Of a stretch of DNA of 37,057 nucleotides, positions 16,881 to 26,292 are shown one piece after another; position 1 is the stretch's first letter; each line of letters starts with the position of its first letter. The notes under the pieces are model-generated. The model was not told where the DNA came from, searched no databases, and was given only the letters and a program-made list of their open reading frames with translations. The position numbers were made by a program, and so were the translations under genes. The stretch spans positions 1 to 37,057 of IMG/VR virus record IMGVR_UViG_3300048598_000507; one strand, given 5' to 3'. The DNA is from a virus (Duplodnaviria; Caudoviricetes).

Positions 16881-17576
16881 TCAGGCGGCCCTCTGGCTGC
16901 GCCGCCAGCGCATCATCTTCGCCCACCAGGACGGCCGCCGCTTCGGCACCGGGATCTCGATGCGGTCGTCACTCCGCTCCGTGTCGACGCGCTTCCCGGA
17001 CCCCTGGTCACGCAGGCGCTCGATGTAGGGCACGAGGCCGTGGTTCCACCAGCCGGCGCGGTGCGGCTTGTGCATGCGCGGCACGGTGATGCTGTCCTTG
17101 GTCAGCTCGATCCGCGCCGGCTCCTTGGGAGCGCCGCCGGTCACCTTGGCGAACGGGTAGTACTTGCCGGGGCAAGCAGTCGAGTTGCCCGGCATCTCGC
17201 TGTGCCGCTTGTCGGCCTTGCCCACGTTCGGCCGCTTGTGGAGCCAGTCGCGCAGCTCCTGCAGGGCCCGCAGCTGCTTGGCCGGCATCGGGTTGTTCTG
17301 CTCGTAGCGGCCTTCCGCGCAGACCCCGACCCAGTCGTTGTGATCCAGGCAGTGCGCCCCACGCGTGCCGAGCGGCCGGCCCACGTGCACCTCGCCATTC
17401 AGGCGCACGTAGAAGTGGTAGGCGATGCCGAGGTCCGGGGGACTCAGGCGCTGGTGATAGGCGTGGATGGCCTCAGGGCTCCCGTAGCCGTCTGAGTGGT
17501 GCCAGACGACGCCCGGGTGGTAACTCACCTTGGTGAGTGCCCCGAGCCAGTGCCAGGCGTGCTTGATGAGCTTCAT
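16881..17576 (-). CDS. Endolysin, N-acetylmuramoyl-L-alanine amidase (Amidase_2/PGRP fold)
   Basis: WHHS, IAYHF, GAH, RH...TACPG Zn-ligand motifs; AGGAGG RBS. Confidence 0.9.
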   Translation of the reverse strand: MKLIKHAWHWLGALTKVSYHPGVVWHHSDGYGSPEAIHAYHQRLSPPDLGIAYHFYVRLNGEVHVGRPLGTRGAHCLDHNDWVGVCAEGRYEQNNPMPAKQLRALQELRDWLHKRPNVGKADKRHSEMPGNSTACPGKYYPFAKVTGGAPKEPARIELTKDSITVPRMHKPHRAGWWNHGLVPYIERLRDQGSGKRVDTERSDDRIEIPVPKRRPSWWAKMMRWRRSQRAA

Positions 17577-17586
17577 GGTGGTCCTC

Positions 17587-17841
17587 CTAGCGGACGAGAG
17601 CGATGATCGAGACGGTGAGCGTCGGCAGCCCAACGATGAGGCCCGCGACGATGGACGAGGTGAGCGCGCGGCGGCCGCGAGAGGCTGAGTCGATCTCGCT
17701 CTTGATGTCATCGAGCTTGCGGAAGATCGTCTCCTGCCGCTCGTCCATGCGGGCGACCTGGACGCGCAGGCCCTCGGACCCGTTGCCATTCACGTCGTGG
17801 TCGAGCTCGCGCACCATGGCGCAGGGGCACTCGTCGGGCAT
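17587..17841 (-). CDS. XhlA-like lysis membrane protein
   Basis: Coiled coil plus C-terminal TM, directly upstream of the endolysin. Confidence 0.65.
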   Translation of the reverse strand: MPDECPCAMVRELDHDVNGNGSEGLRVQVARMDERQETIFRKLDDIKSEIDSASRGRRALTSSIVAGLIVGLPTLTVSIIALVR

Positions 17842-17852
17842 CCTCGCCTCCT

Positions 17853-18404
17853 CTACAGCGTCACAGGTTCGAAGTCGTGTCGGTGGTGGCGGGCGAACCA
17901 CTCACGGTCGAGCGTGCGCATAGTGCGCATCGGATGCGCGAGCCGCGGGCGTGCACCGTATCGAGCTCGCAAGAGACGCAGGACGTCGCGCGCGTCAGCC
18001 TCCGTGTTCTCGCTCGCGGGATTCCTGGACTCCAACCACTCAGCAGTCTTGCGCCACTGCGCGATGCTTCGGCGCCCTGGGCGCTTGATGAGGTCGATGA
18101 GCCGGTCAGCGCGGGTGCGGAACTGCTCACGCAGGAGCTGCATCTCAGCCGTCGCTGCCTTCCACACCTCGAGGTCGGCCTCAGCCTCCGCCGGCGTCTC
18201 CCAGTCGCGCGCCATGACGCGGGCGCCGCTCACGCAAAGCGAGGCCCCGGCCATGCGGAACCAGGCGACCTGCGCCACCTCGTACTGGCGCGCGAACGCG
18301 GACTTCGCGTCCGCGAGCTCGTCGGCCCGCGCCGGGGCCGCGGCCGCAAGTGCAGCGCCGATGATGAGCGCGCAGAGCGCGCAGATGACAAGACGTCTCT
18401 TCAT
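17853..18404 (-). CDS. Secreted helical protein of unknown function
   Basis: Sec signal MKRRLVICALCALIIGAALAAAAPARA|D; GGAGG RBS; ATGA overlap. Confidence 0.75.
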   Translation of the reverse strand: MKRRLVICALCALIIGAALAAAAPARADELADAKSAFARQYEVAQVAWFRMAGASLCVSGARVMARDWETPAEAEADLEVWKAATAEMQLLREQFRTRADRLIDLIKRPGRRSIAQWRKTAEWLESRNPASENTEADARDVLRLLRARYGARPRLAHPMRTMRTLDREWFARHHRHDFEPVTL

Positions 18405-20122
18405 GCGTAGTAGCCCTCCTGGTTGACGAACCGGTACGCCCACCGCCACCAGCGCTTGCCGCGCTTGTGCCAGCCCCGGCCCTTGGGCTTGGTCTTGGAC
18501 TTGCTCCACTTGCGGTAGCGCTCCCGAACGCGGCGCGCCCGGTAGTAGCGGCCCTTGAACGGCAGCCGGTATGGGCTCTCGAACGAGTAGCCCTCAGTGG
18601 CGCCGATCGCGATGTCCGCGATGCCGGCCTGGATCGTCACCTCGTCGATGAGGAACGGTCCGGCCTTCTTGGCGTCGACCTTGCCGACGTTGACGATCCA
18701 GTCGCCGGACTCGATGTGCTCGATCGAGCGCAGGTTGCCGGCGCCGTCGTGGAGCTCGTAGGGGACGGATGCCTGGCCTTGCACGAGCTCGTGGTAGTAG
18801 GCGTAGGCCTGGACCACGGCCGCTGCGGCCTCGCTGCCGGGGAGGTCGGCTCCGGTGTCGATGCGCGCGACGCGGGCGGACCAGTCCTGCTCGGCGACGT
18901 ACTTGGCGTTGATGGCGCCGTCGGGGAAGTACTCGACGAACGGCTGGCCGCTCGGGTACTGCATCGCGGTCGTGATCGTGCGGTTGTAGGTGAGCGCGAC
19001 GAAGTCCTTGGAGGCGGCGCCGTCGTAGCCGACCCGCCACTTGAGCCCCGGCGTGAGGTCCTTCGAGACCACCCAGAGGCGCGAGAGATCGCTCGGAGCG
19101 GTGGGCCGGTTCACGCAGGTCGGCACCCGATGGAACACCCCGCACCGCGGCGGCACGGCGGCCTTGGCGAGCATCTCCTGGACGGCCTCCGCGGGCGTCT
19201 CGAACGGGTCGATCATGAGCTGATTGAGCGCCCCGCCGATCGCCTCGGTGCGCTGGGCCACGCCGGGGTACACGTCGCTGAACACGGCGCCCACGGCCTG
19301 GTCGACGCGCGGCGCCGGCCAGTTGTCGATGTGGCGGGTGAAGAAGCGCAGCTGGATCGAGTTCTCCACCGTGGTGGGAGCAGCGGTGGTGAAGGTCGAA
19401 TACGCCGAGCAGGCGATCAGGCAGCCCTTGTAGGTGCGGTCTGCGACAGAGACACTGAAGCTGCCGGAGGAGCCCGGCTGCGAGTAGACCGTCTGGGCGA
19501 CGTAGTCGGCGGTCGCGTTGAACGGCTCGTCCGTGAACATGAAGATCTTGCAGACGAGCGCCGCGTTCCCCGCGCAGGTCCACTGGCCGCCTAGCGCGTT
19601 GACCGCGAGCGCGCGCTTGCCGTCGAGCGGCCACCAGTAGAGCACGACGCCATGCCCCGCACGGATGATGGAGCCCTGCGGCAGGATGAAGTTGATCTGC
19701 TTGCCGTCGTTCTCGACCGAGAGGACGTCGTTCAGCGTGACCCCCACGAGGCTCTTGTAGGGGTGCTCGAGGATGTTGTCGTACCGCGTGTCGACGAAGG
19801 CGCGCGAGTAGTCCTCGCGGTGGTGCATGCGGTCCCACTCGCCGGCGCACTCGACGGAGAGAACGAGATCCTGCGGATCGGGATCCTCGATGTCCACGAC
19901 GTGCCCGCACCAGCGAGCCTCGCCCTCGACGATGATGTCGACGGCGGCGTCGCGGCGCAGGGCATTGGAGACCACCTCGTTCTCGCCCTCCACGAGGATG
20001 TCGAACACGGCAGCCGACTCGCCGCGCAGGGTCATGCCCCGCTGCAGCGAGTCCTGCTCGACGACGTCGGTGAGGTCCTCGCCGCCGACGACGATCGTCT
20101 TGATCGGCAGCGTCAGGCCCAC
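18401..20122 (-). CDS. Minor tail (Tal/baseplate hub-like) protein
   Basis: Second gene after the tape measure; IVVGGEDLT...WCGHVVDI; start re-called to GTG at 20122. Confidence 0.75.
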   Translation of the reverse strand: MGLTLPIKTIVVGGEDLTDVVEQDSLQRGMTLRGESAAVFDILVEGENEVVSNALRRDAAVDIIVEGEARWCGHVVDIEDPDPQDLVLSVECAGEWDRMHHREDYSRAFVDTRYDNILEHPYKSLVGVTLNDVLSVENDGKQINFILPQGSIIRAGHGVVLYWWPLDGKRALAVNALGGQWTCAGNAALVCKIFMFTDEPFNATADYVAQTVYSQPGSSGSFSVSVADRTYKGCLIACSAYSTFTTAAPTTVENSIQLRFFTRHIDNWPAPRVDQAVGAVFSDVYPGVAQRTEAIGGALNQLMIDPFETPAEAVQEMLAKAAVPPRCGVFHRVPTCVNRPTAPSDLSRLWVVSKDLTPGLKWRVGYDGAASKDFVALTYNRTITTAMQYPSGQPFVEYFPDGAINAKYVAEQDWSARVARIDTGADLPGSEAAAAVVQAYAYYHELVQGQASVPYELHDGAGNLRSIEHIESGDWIVNVGKVDAKKAGPFLIDEVTIQAGIADIAIGATEGYSFESPYRLPFKGRYYRARRVRERYRKWSKSKTKPKGRGWHKRGKRWWRWAYRFVNQEGYYA

Positions 20123-21360
20123 AGCGCGTGCCTCGGGATGGCCTTGACGGTGCAGGTCGCGCCAAGCGTCCCGCCAGTCGGTGAGTCGGCGATGCCGACG
20201 ACGAGCAGGCGATCGCCCGGCTGCGCGAGCAGGCCGCCGGAGTGCCCGAGGAGGGCGCTCACCGCGACCCCGCCCTCGTCGTAGACGAGGTGGTCGTAGT
20301 CGAAGGTGAGGCTTGCCTGGTCGGCCGCCGATCCCGGAGGCGGCGCATAGCGCGCCCAGCCGCACCGCGTGGGGACCATCGCGTAGTAGTCGAGCGAGGC
20401 CTGGCCGGAGACCGTCGCCCCGAAGCCGATCGAGTGCGAGCTGGCGCCGCTGCCGCGGACCTTGCGCACTGGCAGCTTGAGGGAGCCGGTCTCGAACAGA
20501 TGCCATGCGGAGCCGACCCCAGCGAACGTCTTCTGACAGGGCTCCGCTCCCGTGAGCGGGTCCATGATGCGGTAGGTCCCCGTCCCGGTGAGCAGGCCGC
20601 GCATCAGCGCGATGTGCGTCCCGGCGGGCAGGTCGGTGTCCGTGACCGCCGCGTACAGGGGCGCGTTCAGGACGTCGTTACGCACGTAGGACCCGCCGCG
20701 CGCGTTCGAACTGCTGGCCGTGACCGCGGTGCCACCTGTCCACGTCCTCGCCTCGCCCTCGCGCACGTAGGCGCCGATGGGGTTGGCCGTGTCGCGCAGG
20801 ATCGCCAGATAGACGGCTCGCACCTTGGCGCCGCCGGCGCCTGCCAGCGTCACCTGCAGCGGCGTCGCGTAGTCGCCCGTGAGGCCGGGAAGGTCGACGA
20901 TGCAGGGGGCCGTGATCGAAGCGGCGTTCACGAGCGTGAGTTCGGACCGGCGCGCGTACTGCTCGCACTTCAGGAGAAACGGCACCCGCCCGGCCACCTT
21001 GACGCTGTCGGCCTCCCAGAGGCCGTCGTCGAATGGCGGCACGGCGCGCGGGCTGGGAAGCACCGTGAGGGTCACGGATCTGGTCGCGCCGCGGGAGCGC
21101 AGGATGAGCGTCGTACCGGTCCGGAAGAGGGTGTTGATGGCCGCGAGTTGGGCGATCGCCGCGTCCTTGGTGTCGGCCTCGATGAGCAGAGTACCGGCCA
21201 GTTCGCGCACGTCGTTGTGGTCGACGGCGACGACACGCGGCACGCCGCTACGCGCGCCCTTGCCGTAGATCAGGTTGTGCAGAACCTCGGAAAGCCGCAG
21301 GTCTGAGAGGTCGAGCCGCAGATGGATGGGGCCCGGCATCATCGCGAAGAAGTCGGCCAT
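20113..21360 (-). CDS. Distal tail (Dit-like) protein
   Basis: Immediately after the tape measure; beta-rich, 415 aa. Confidence 0.7.
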   Translation of the reverse strand: MADFFAMMPGPIHLRLDLSDLRLSEVLHNLIYGKGARSGVPRVVAVDHNDVRELAGTLLIEADTKDAAIAQLAAINTLFRTGTTLILRSRGATRSVTLTVLPSPRAVPPFDDGLWEADSVKVAGRVPFLLKCEQYARRSELTLVNAASITAPCIVDLPGLTGDYATPLQVTLAGAGGAKVRAVYLAILRDTANPIGAYVREGEARTWTGGTAVTASSSNARGGSYVRNDVLNAPLYAAVTDTDLPAGTHIALMRGLLTGTGTYRIMDPLTGAEPCQKTFAGVGSAWHLFETGSLKLPVRKVRGSGASSHSIGFGATVSGQASLDYYAMVPTRCGWARYAPPPGSAADQASLTFDYDHLVYDEGGVAVSALLGHSGGLLAQPGDRLLVVGIADSPTGGTLGATCTVKAIPRHALWA

Positions 21361-23768
21361 CAGTAGCCCGCCCTCGTCGCACGCTCGGTGAGAACCTCGC
21401 CGCGCGACTGACCGGCGGCCACGTCCTGCGCTGCCTCGACCGCGATCTCCTGGATGAACTCACCGTCGAGGTAGAGCCGGGCGGTCAGGTTGATGGGACC
21501 GAGGGCGGCGAGCTGCCGAGGTCCGGCGCTCACGGCCCGCCCTCCTGGGCCCATGGCGCTGCCGATCATCTGCTCAGCAGCGGATGCCACTCGAGGGATG
21601 CCGGCAAGCAGACCGAGAGCGAAGCCTCCGGCCATGTCGTCGCGGCCGAAGGCGATCATCTTGCGAGAGGGCGAGCGAGCATCAGCCGCTTGCTTGGCCC
21701 GCGCAATCGCCATGCGCACCATCTGCTCGGCGCGGGCCGCGACGCTGTCGGTCGCGCTGGAGATCCCGGCCGCGACGCTGTTCGCGAGGTTGGCGCCGAG
21801 GCCCTGGCCGTAGCCGGGCAGAGCGTCTAGCTGCGTGCGGATCGCCTGCGCCGCCTTGGCGGCCGAGACGCTGTACGGAGCCGGCCGGTTGGCGCGCTGG
21901 AAGGCGGCGATGAGCTGCTGCGCGGCGGCCGCGCCGTTCTTGTTCGCCACCTTGGCCACAAGCTCGGTGTTCTTCTCGAACTCCGTCGGCAGCCGATCCC
22001 AGGCACTCGTGTTGACCTTGGGCATCTTGATGGCCTTGTACTTCTTGCCGAAGATGCCACTGAGGATCTGGTCGGCCTCGCGCTCAGTCACGTGCAGCTG
22101 ACGGATGATCTCGGTGCGCAGCTTGTTGAACGTGTAGGTGAGGTCGGCGCCCTTCAGCTTGCCGGTCTTGATGTCGAGGGTGAGGCTGGAGAAGCCTGGG
22201 TACTCGAACTTCGCGAAGCGCTTGAAGAGGGCCATCTTGGCCTCGAGCTTCGAGAGGTCGGCGGTGCCGTTCGTCTCGACCGTGACCTTCATGATCTGGT
22301 CCTGGATGCGCCGCGTCATGCGGTTGGTGACGCCCTCGGGGCGCGCACGCTGCAGCTGGCCCAGACGGTTGATCTGCTCGGTCACCTGGTCGGAGAGCGC
22401 ATCCACCTCGGCGTAGATGTCCATGGTCTCGTCGTGGATGTCCTTGAGCTTCCAGAGAAGCGCCCCGGCGGCAATGCCGATCGCCCCCAGCCCCGCGACG
22501 CCGGCGCCGCTCATCAGCGGCATCGCAGTGCGCAGCGCCGTGGTCTCACCGAGAAGGGCGCCCGTGGCAAGGGAGCCAGCCACCTGGGAAGCCGTGAGCG
22601 TCGCCTGCGAGGCAGCCGCCGTCGCTGCGGCGGCGGCCAGCGACCCATAGGCGGCCACCAGGGCGTTCCCCACGTAGACGAGCGGTCCGATGGCAGCGAC
22701 CGCAGCGGCCACGGTCAGGGTGGCCTTCTGCGTGCCTTCGTCGAGCCCCGCGAAGGCATCGACGCCCTTGCCGAGAGCGCCGAACAGGTCAGAGAGCATC
22801 GGCTCGAGCTCGACCAGGGCCTTGTTCTTGAGCAGGGTGAGCGACTCGCGCCAGTCGGCCGTGTCGTCGGCCGCCTTGGCGATCGTGTCGCTGCCCTTGA
22901 CGATCGACTTCTCGAGGTCCTCGTAGCTGAAGCGCTGCTCGCGGATCGCGGCCACCATGTCGTTGGCCGCGCGCACGCCGAAGACCTCCTGGCCGATCGC
23001 CTTGGCCTTCGCCTCGGTGCTGCTCTGGATGGCCTTGACGGTCTCATTCCAGACCTCGATGCCGTCGCGGCCCTCCTTGGTCGCGTACTTGTTCAGCTGC
23101 CCGAAGCCCTGGATCACCTTGCTCGCGTTGACGCCCTCCTTCTCGAACTTGGAGAACATGGTGATCGAGCCCTCGAGGTCGAACCCGAGCTGGCGCAGCG
23201 TCGCACCGTTGTCGACCACCACGGTGGAGAGCTCTGAGACGCTGAGCCCGGACTGCTGCGAGGCGCGGTAGAGCATGTCGAGCGTCGCCGCCTGCCGCTC
23301 GCCGGCTACCGACCAGTCACCGTAAAGGCGCGTGACGTCGCGGATGTTTGCGGCGACGTCGGTGCCCGTGATGCGGCTCAGCTCGAGGAACTGCTCGGAG
23401 CGCTCCTGCAGCTGCTCGCCGGTGATGTCGAGCCGGCGGTTGAGGTCGCCGATCGCCGTCGACGCCGAGGCGAAGTCGGTCGGCACGCTCGAGACGACCT
23501 GCCTGAAGTCCGCCTCGAGGCCGGCGAGCGCGTCGCCGGTCTTCCCGGTGGCGATGCGGATACCGTCGTAGGCGGAGTCGAACTCCTCACCGAAGTGCAG
23601 CGCGGCGAGCCCGGCGCCGGCGAAGCCCCCGGCGATGCCGGCCAGTGCCGCGACGCCGCCGGCCTCGAACGGCCCGAACTTGCCGAGCAGGCCGTCGAGG
23701 CCAGTGCCGAACCCCTGATCGTCGATGCCAAGCGTCGCGACCAGCTCTGCGACAGTGAGCCCGCTCAC
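21360..23768 (-). CDS. Tape measure protein
   Basis: 802 aa, Ala-rich and helical; VAELVATLGID N-terminus and ARSPSRKM motif. Confidence 0.92.
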   Translation of the reverse strand: MSGLTVAELVATLGIDDQGFGTGLDGLLGKFGPFEAGGVAALAGIAGGFAGAGLAALHFGEEFDSAYDGIRIATGKTGDALAGLEADFRQVVSSVPTDFASASTAIGDLNRRLDITGEQLQERSEQFLELSRITGTDVAANIRDVTRLYGDWSVAGERQAATLDMLYRASQQSGLSVSELSTVVVDNGATLRQLGFDLEGSITMFSKFEKEGVNASKVIQGFGQLNKYATKEGRDGIEVWNETVKAIQSSTEAKAKAIGQEVFGVRAANDMVAAIREQRFSYEDLEKSIVKGSDTIAKAADDTADWRESLTLLKNKALVELEPMLSDLFGALGKGVDAFAGLDEGTQKATLTVAAAVAAIGPLVYVGNALVAAYGSLAAAAATAAASQATLTASQVAGSLATGALLGETTALRTAMPLMSGAGVAGLGAIGIAAGALLWKLKDIHDETMDIYAEVDALSDQVTEQINRLGQLQRARPEGVTNRMTRRIQDQIMKVTVETNGTADLSKLEAKMALFKRFAKFEYPGFSSLTLDIKTGKLKGADLTYTFNKLRTEIIRQLHVTEREADQILSGIFGKKYKAIKMPKVNTSAWDRLPTEFEKNTELVAKVANKNGAAAAQQLIAAFQRANRPAPYSVSAAKAAQAIRTQLDALPGYGQGLGANLANSVAAGISSATDSVAARAEQMVRMAIARAKQAADARSPSRKMIAFGRDDMAGGFALGLLAGIPRVASAAEQMIGSAMGPGGRAVSAGPRQLAALGPINLTARLYLDGEFIQEIAVEAAQDVAAGQSRGEVLTERATRAGY

Positions 23769-24031
23769 TGGGGGTCCGCCTTGGGGAAGCGCGCGAAGTA
23801 GTCGGCGGCGTTCTCAGCCGTGTAGACCCTGGTCGGACCGCCGGCGAGGAGGGCGCGGTAGACCGAACGCCCGGAGAGGCCGGCGAGCAGCACGCGGAAG
23901 CGCCGCCAGGTCATGCCGGCGTCCAGTTCGGCCAGGAGGTCCATGCGGTACTCACGCGCGAAGTCGGCCTCTACCGCGACCCAGTGCTCGAGGAAGGCGT
24001 AGGGCCCGTCTGGGGCCCCTCCGCTTCCCCC
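23765..24031 (-). CDS. -1 frameshift extension of the tail assembly chaperone (GT form; absent from the ORF track)
   Basis: Slippery G-GGG-GAA at 24031-24025; the -1 frame reads ...HWVAVEADFAREYRMDLL...MTWRRFRVLLAGLS...DPQ*. Confidence 0.8.
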   Translation of the reverse strand, partial: GGSGGAPDGPYAFLEHWVAVEADFAREYRMDLLAELDAGMTWRRFRVLLAGLSGRSVYRALLAGGPTRVYTAENAADYFARFPKADPQ

Positions 24032-24351
24032 TCGGCGCCCGCTTCGGCATCGCCCTGGTAGACGTCGAAGACGAGGCGCAGGAGCCGCCCCAGCTGCTCG
24101 ATCGTGAGGCCGCCGTCGAGCCAGGCGTCGAGCACCTCGCCCGGCACCATCTCGGCCATGAAGGCGAGCATCTCGGCACGCCCCAGCTGCGCCTCGCCGA
24201 GCCCTTCTGCCTGCAGGCGCAGGAGCCGGAACGCTGGCTTGGCCGGCATCGACGGGTAGAGCTCCCAGTCGCGGGCGAGGTAGCGGACGACGACCGGCCG
24301 CTCCTCAGACTCGGCGATGGCCGCGTCAAAGTCGATGTACTTGCCGGCCAT
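23971..24351 (-). CDS. Tail assembly chaperone (G form)
   Basis: Lies between the tail tube and tape measure genes; ATG at 24351. Confidence 0.8.
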   Translation of the reverse strand: MAGKYIDFDAAIAESEERPVVVRYLARDWELYPSMPAKPAFRLLRLQAEGLGEAQLGRAEMLAFMAEMVPGEVLDAWLDGGLTIEQLGRLLRLVFDVYQGDAEAGAEGEAEGPQTGPTPSSSTGSR

Positions 24352-24353
24352 GT

Positions 24354-24812
24354 TCACGCCCTCGTGGGGATGCCGTCGACGAGCAGTGTCGCGCCCCAGC
24401 TCGCCTTGTTGCTCGTGTCGCCGAGGCCGGCGACCGAGACGGCGGCCATGAAGGTGATGGTCTCGGGGGTCGCAGCCGGCGGGCTCTCGATCTGGAACTG
24501 AGCCATGTTGTCCGCCACGACCTCGTCCTGGAGCAGCTCGACCGCGGCCTGACCGGGGTCGCGCGTGCCGTCGCTCGCCGCCTCGAGGCGAGCGCCCTTG
24601 AGGGTGTAGGTGTAGGACCGGCCGATTACGCGCGGGCGCGCGGCGCCGCCCGAGTTCGCGTCCATGAAGTCGGTGGTGCGATCCGAGCGGCTCTCGGTGA
24701 TGCCGTCCTCGTCGAGGCCGCCGATCGGCGTCCAGACGGGCACGGCGACGGTGCCGGTGTTGATCTTGCACGTGAAGTCCCTCAGGAGGACCTTGTCGGG
24801 GGTGCCTGCCAT
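24354..24812 (-). CDS. Major tail (tube) protein
   Basis: WTPIGGLD...DPGQ motifs, 152 aa, gene order. Confidence 0.85.
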   Translation of the reverse strand: MAGTPDKVLLRDFTCKINTGTVAVPVWTPIGGLDEDGITESRSDRTTDFMDANSGGAARPRVIGRSYTYTLKGARLEAASDGTRDPGQAAVELLQDEVVADNMAQFQIESPPAATPETITFMAAVSVAGLGDTSNKASWGATLLVDGIPTRA

Positions 24813-24828
24813 GGCGTATCTGCCTCCG

Positions 24829-25263
24829 TCAGTTGCGGTGTGCGGTCAGCGCCCTGACGTGCAGGGCGAAGTTGAGCGAGTAGCGGTAGCGGCCCTTCTC
24901 GTCGGGGCCGATGTTCACGGGGGCGGTCTGCAGTGAGCTGCACTCGACGAGGTAGGCCTCGTCCTCGCCGCCGTCGTCGAGCGTCAGGTAGCGCAGGCCC
25001 TGGAGCTCGTCGTAGAGGCGCGTGGCCCACACCAGCGGGCTCTCGGCGTCCTCGGGCACCCCGCGCGTGAGCAGCTGCACGGTCGGCTCGTTGTAGCCCC
25101 AGGTGGAGGCCGCCGGCGTCGGATTGCCGCCGGTCGAGAGGATCTGCAGGGCAACGTCCGGGTCGTCGGGCAGATGCTCGAGGAAGCAGTCGCCGCAGCC
25201 GGCCGGCCGGTAAGTGGCCAGGCTCTTGGCGTCGAGGTACTTGGCGAGGGCGCGCGAGATCAT
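24829..25263 (-). CDS. Tail terminator / completion protein
   Basis: PTVQLLTRG, DEKGRYRYSLNF; gene order. Confidence 0.75.
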   Translation of the reverse strand: MISRALAKYLDAKSLATYRPAGCGDCFLEHLPDDPDVALQILSTGGNPTPAASTWGYNEPTVQLLTRGVPEDAESPLVWATRLYDELQGLRYLTLDDGGEDEAYLVECSSLQTAPVNIGPDEKGRYRYSLNFALHVRALTAHRN

Positions 25264-25622
25264 CCCAGGCGCTCCCGGACGCCGGTCGCGATGCTCATGC
25301 CGAGCCGAGCGGCGTTCTCCTTGGCCGCATACTCGAGCCACTTGGCGCGGCCCTTGCCGGGGTGCGAGAGCGTCGTGTCCTCGTGCTGGCGCACGGCGTA
25401 GGCCGAAGCCTCGCCGCCGTAGCTCACCTGAGCCTTCTTGCCGGACGCGTCGACGCTCACCTCGCCCGAGCCCTCGAGCACGCCCTCGCGGTACGGCACG
25501 GACTCGTTGGCCGCCCGCAGCAGCTCGTTCGCGGCGTCCTCGACGGATCCGGCCGCGGCCTTGCCGGCGGCGGCCTTCACCTGAGCCCGGTTGTCGCTCT
25601 TCACGGTCATCCGGAAGCCCAT
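25260..25622 (-). CDS. Neck protein (HK97 gp10-like)
   Basis: VPYREGVLEGSG, YAVRQHE, AKWLE. Confidence 0.8.
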   Translation of the reverse strand: MGFRMTVKSDNRAQVKAAAGKAAAGSVEDAANELLRAANESVPYREGVLEGSGEVSVDASGKKAQVSYGGEASAYAVRQHEDTTLSHPGKGRAKWLEYAAKENAARLGMSIATGVRERLG

Positions 25623-25948
25623 CAGCGCCTCACCTGTCCACCGGGGGATCCCAGCTCGACCTCGTAGCCGATGAGCCGCGTGAGGTCCCGCAGCGGGGTC
25701 ACCTTGAGGACCACGAATGTGCTGCCGTCGACGAGAGCTTGGTCACCCGTGGCGACCGCGGCATCTGGCCGGAGGGTGGCGACGAAGTCGCTGGTGCGCA
25801 CGATGCCGCTCGCGTCGCGGGACTGCCGGTGCTTCGCCTCGATGCGCGCCCTGTAGGTGACGGGGCCGCCGTACAGCGGACCGGCCGCGCCCTCGCCGGT
25901 GCGCGGCGTGATGGTGAGCGCCTGCCTGAGAGCAGCCGAGGGGATCAC
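25622..25948 (-). CDS. Head closure / stopper protein
   Basis: 108 aa, beta-rich; gene order. Confidence 0.7.
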   Translation of the reverse strand: MIPSAALRQALTITPRTGEGAAGPLYGGPVTYRARIEAKHRQSRDASGIVRTSDFVATLRPDAAVATGDQALVDGSTFVVLKVTPLRDLTRLIGYEVELGSPGGQVRR

Positions 25949-26292
25949 AGGAGGCCTGCCTTCCGCAGAATGCGGATGGCCCGCACCGAGTTGGCCGGCG
26001 CGCGCCTGCCGGTGAAGCCGCCGGCCGAGACCGGCGTCCCCGCGAGGCCGTCGAGGTCGTTCTCCTCGCCGACCTCCATCCAGAACTCGACCACGGCGCA
26101 GCAGGCGTCGCGCAGGGCGCGGGCCGTACCTGCGTCCGTGGGAATGCCGTCCGAGTCGACGGCGAAGCCCGCGGTGACGAGGGAGTCGACACGTTCGCTG
26201 GCGCGGCGAAGCAGCCGCTCCGCGTCAATCGGCGCCGAGCGGCTGCCCAGGAAGTCCGCGAGCTCGTCGATGGTGGCGTACGGCGAGAGCAT
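25945..26292 (-). CDS. Head-tail adaptor (connector)
   Basis: YATIDEL...LLRRASERVD...ACCAVVEFW. Confidence 0.8.
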   Translation of the reverse strand: MLSPYATIDELADFLGSRSAPIDAERLLRRASERVDSLVTAGFAVDSDGIPTDAGTARALRDACCAVVEFWMEVGEENDLDGLAGTPVSAGGFTGRRAPANSVRAIRILRKAGLL

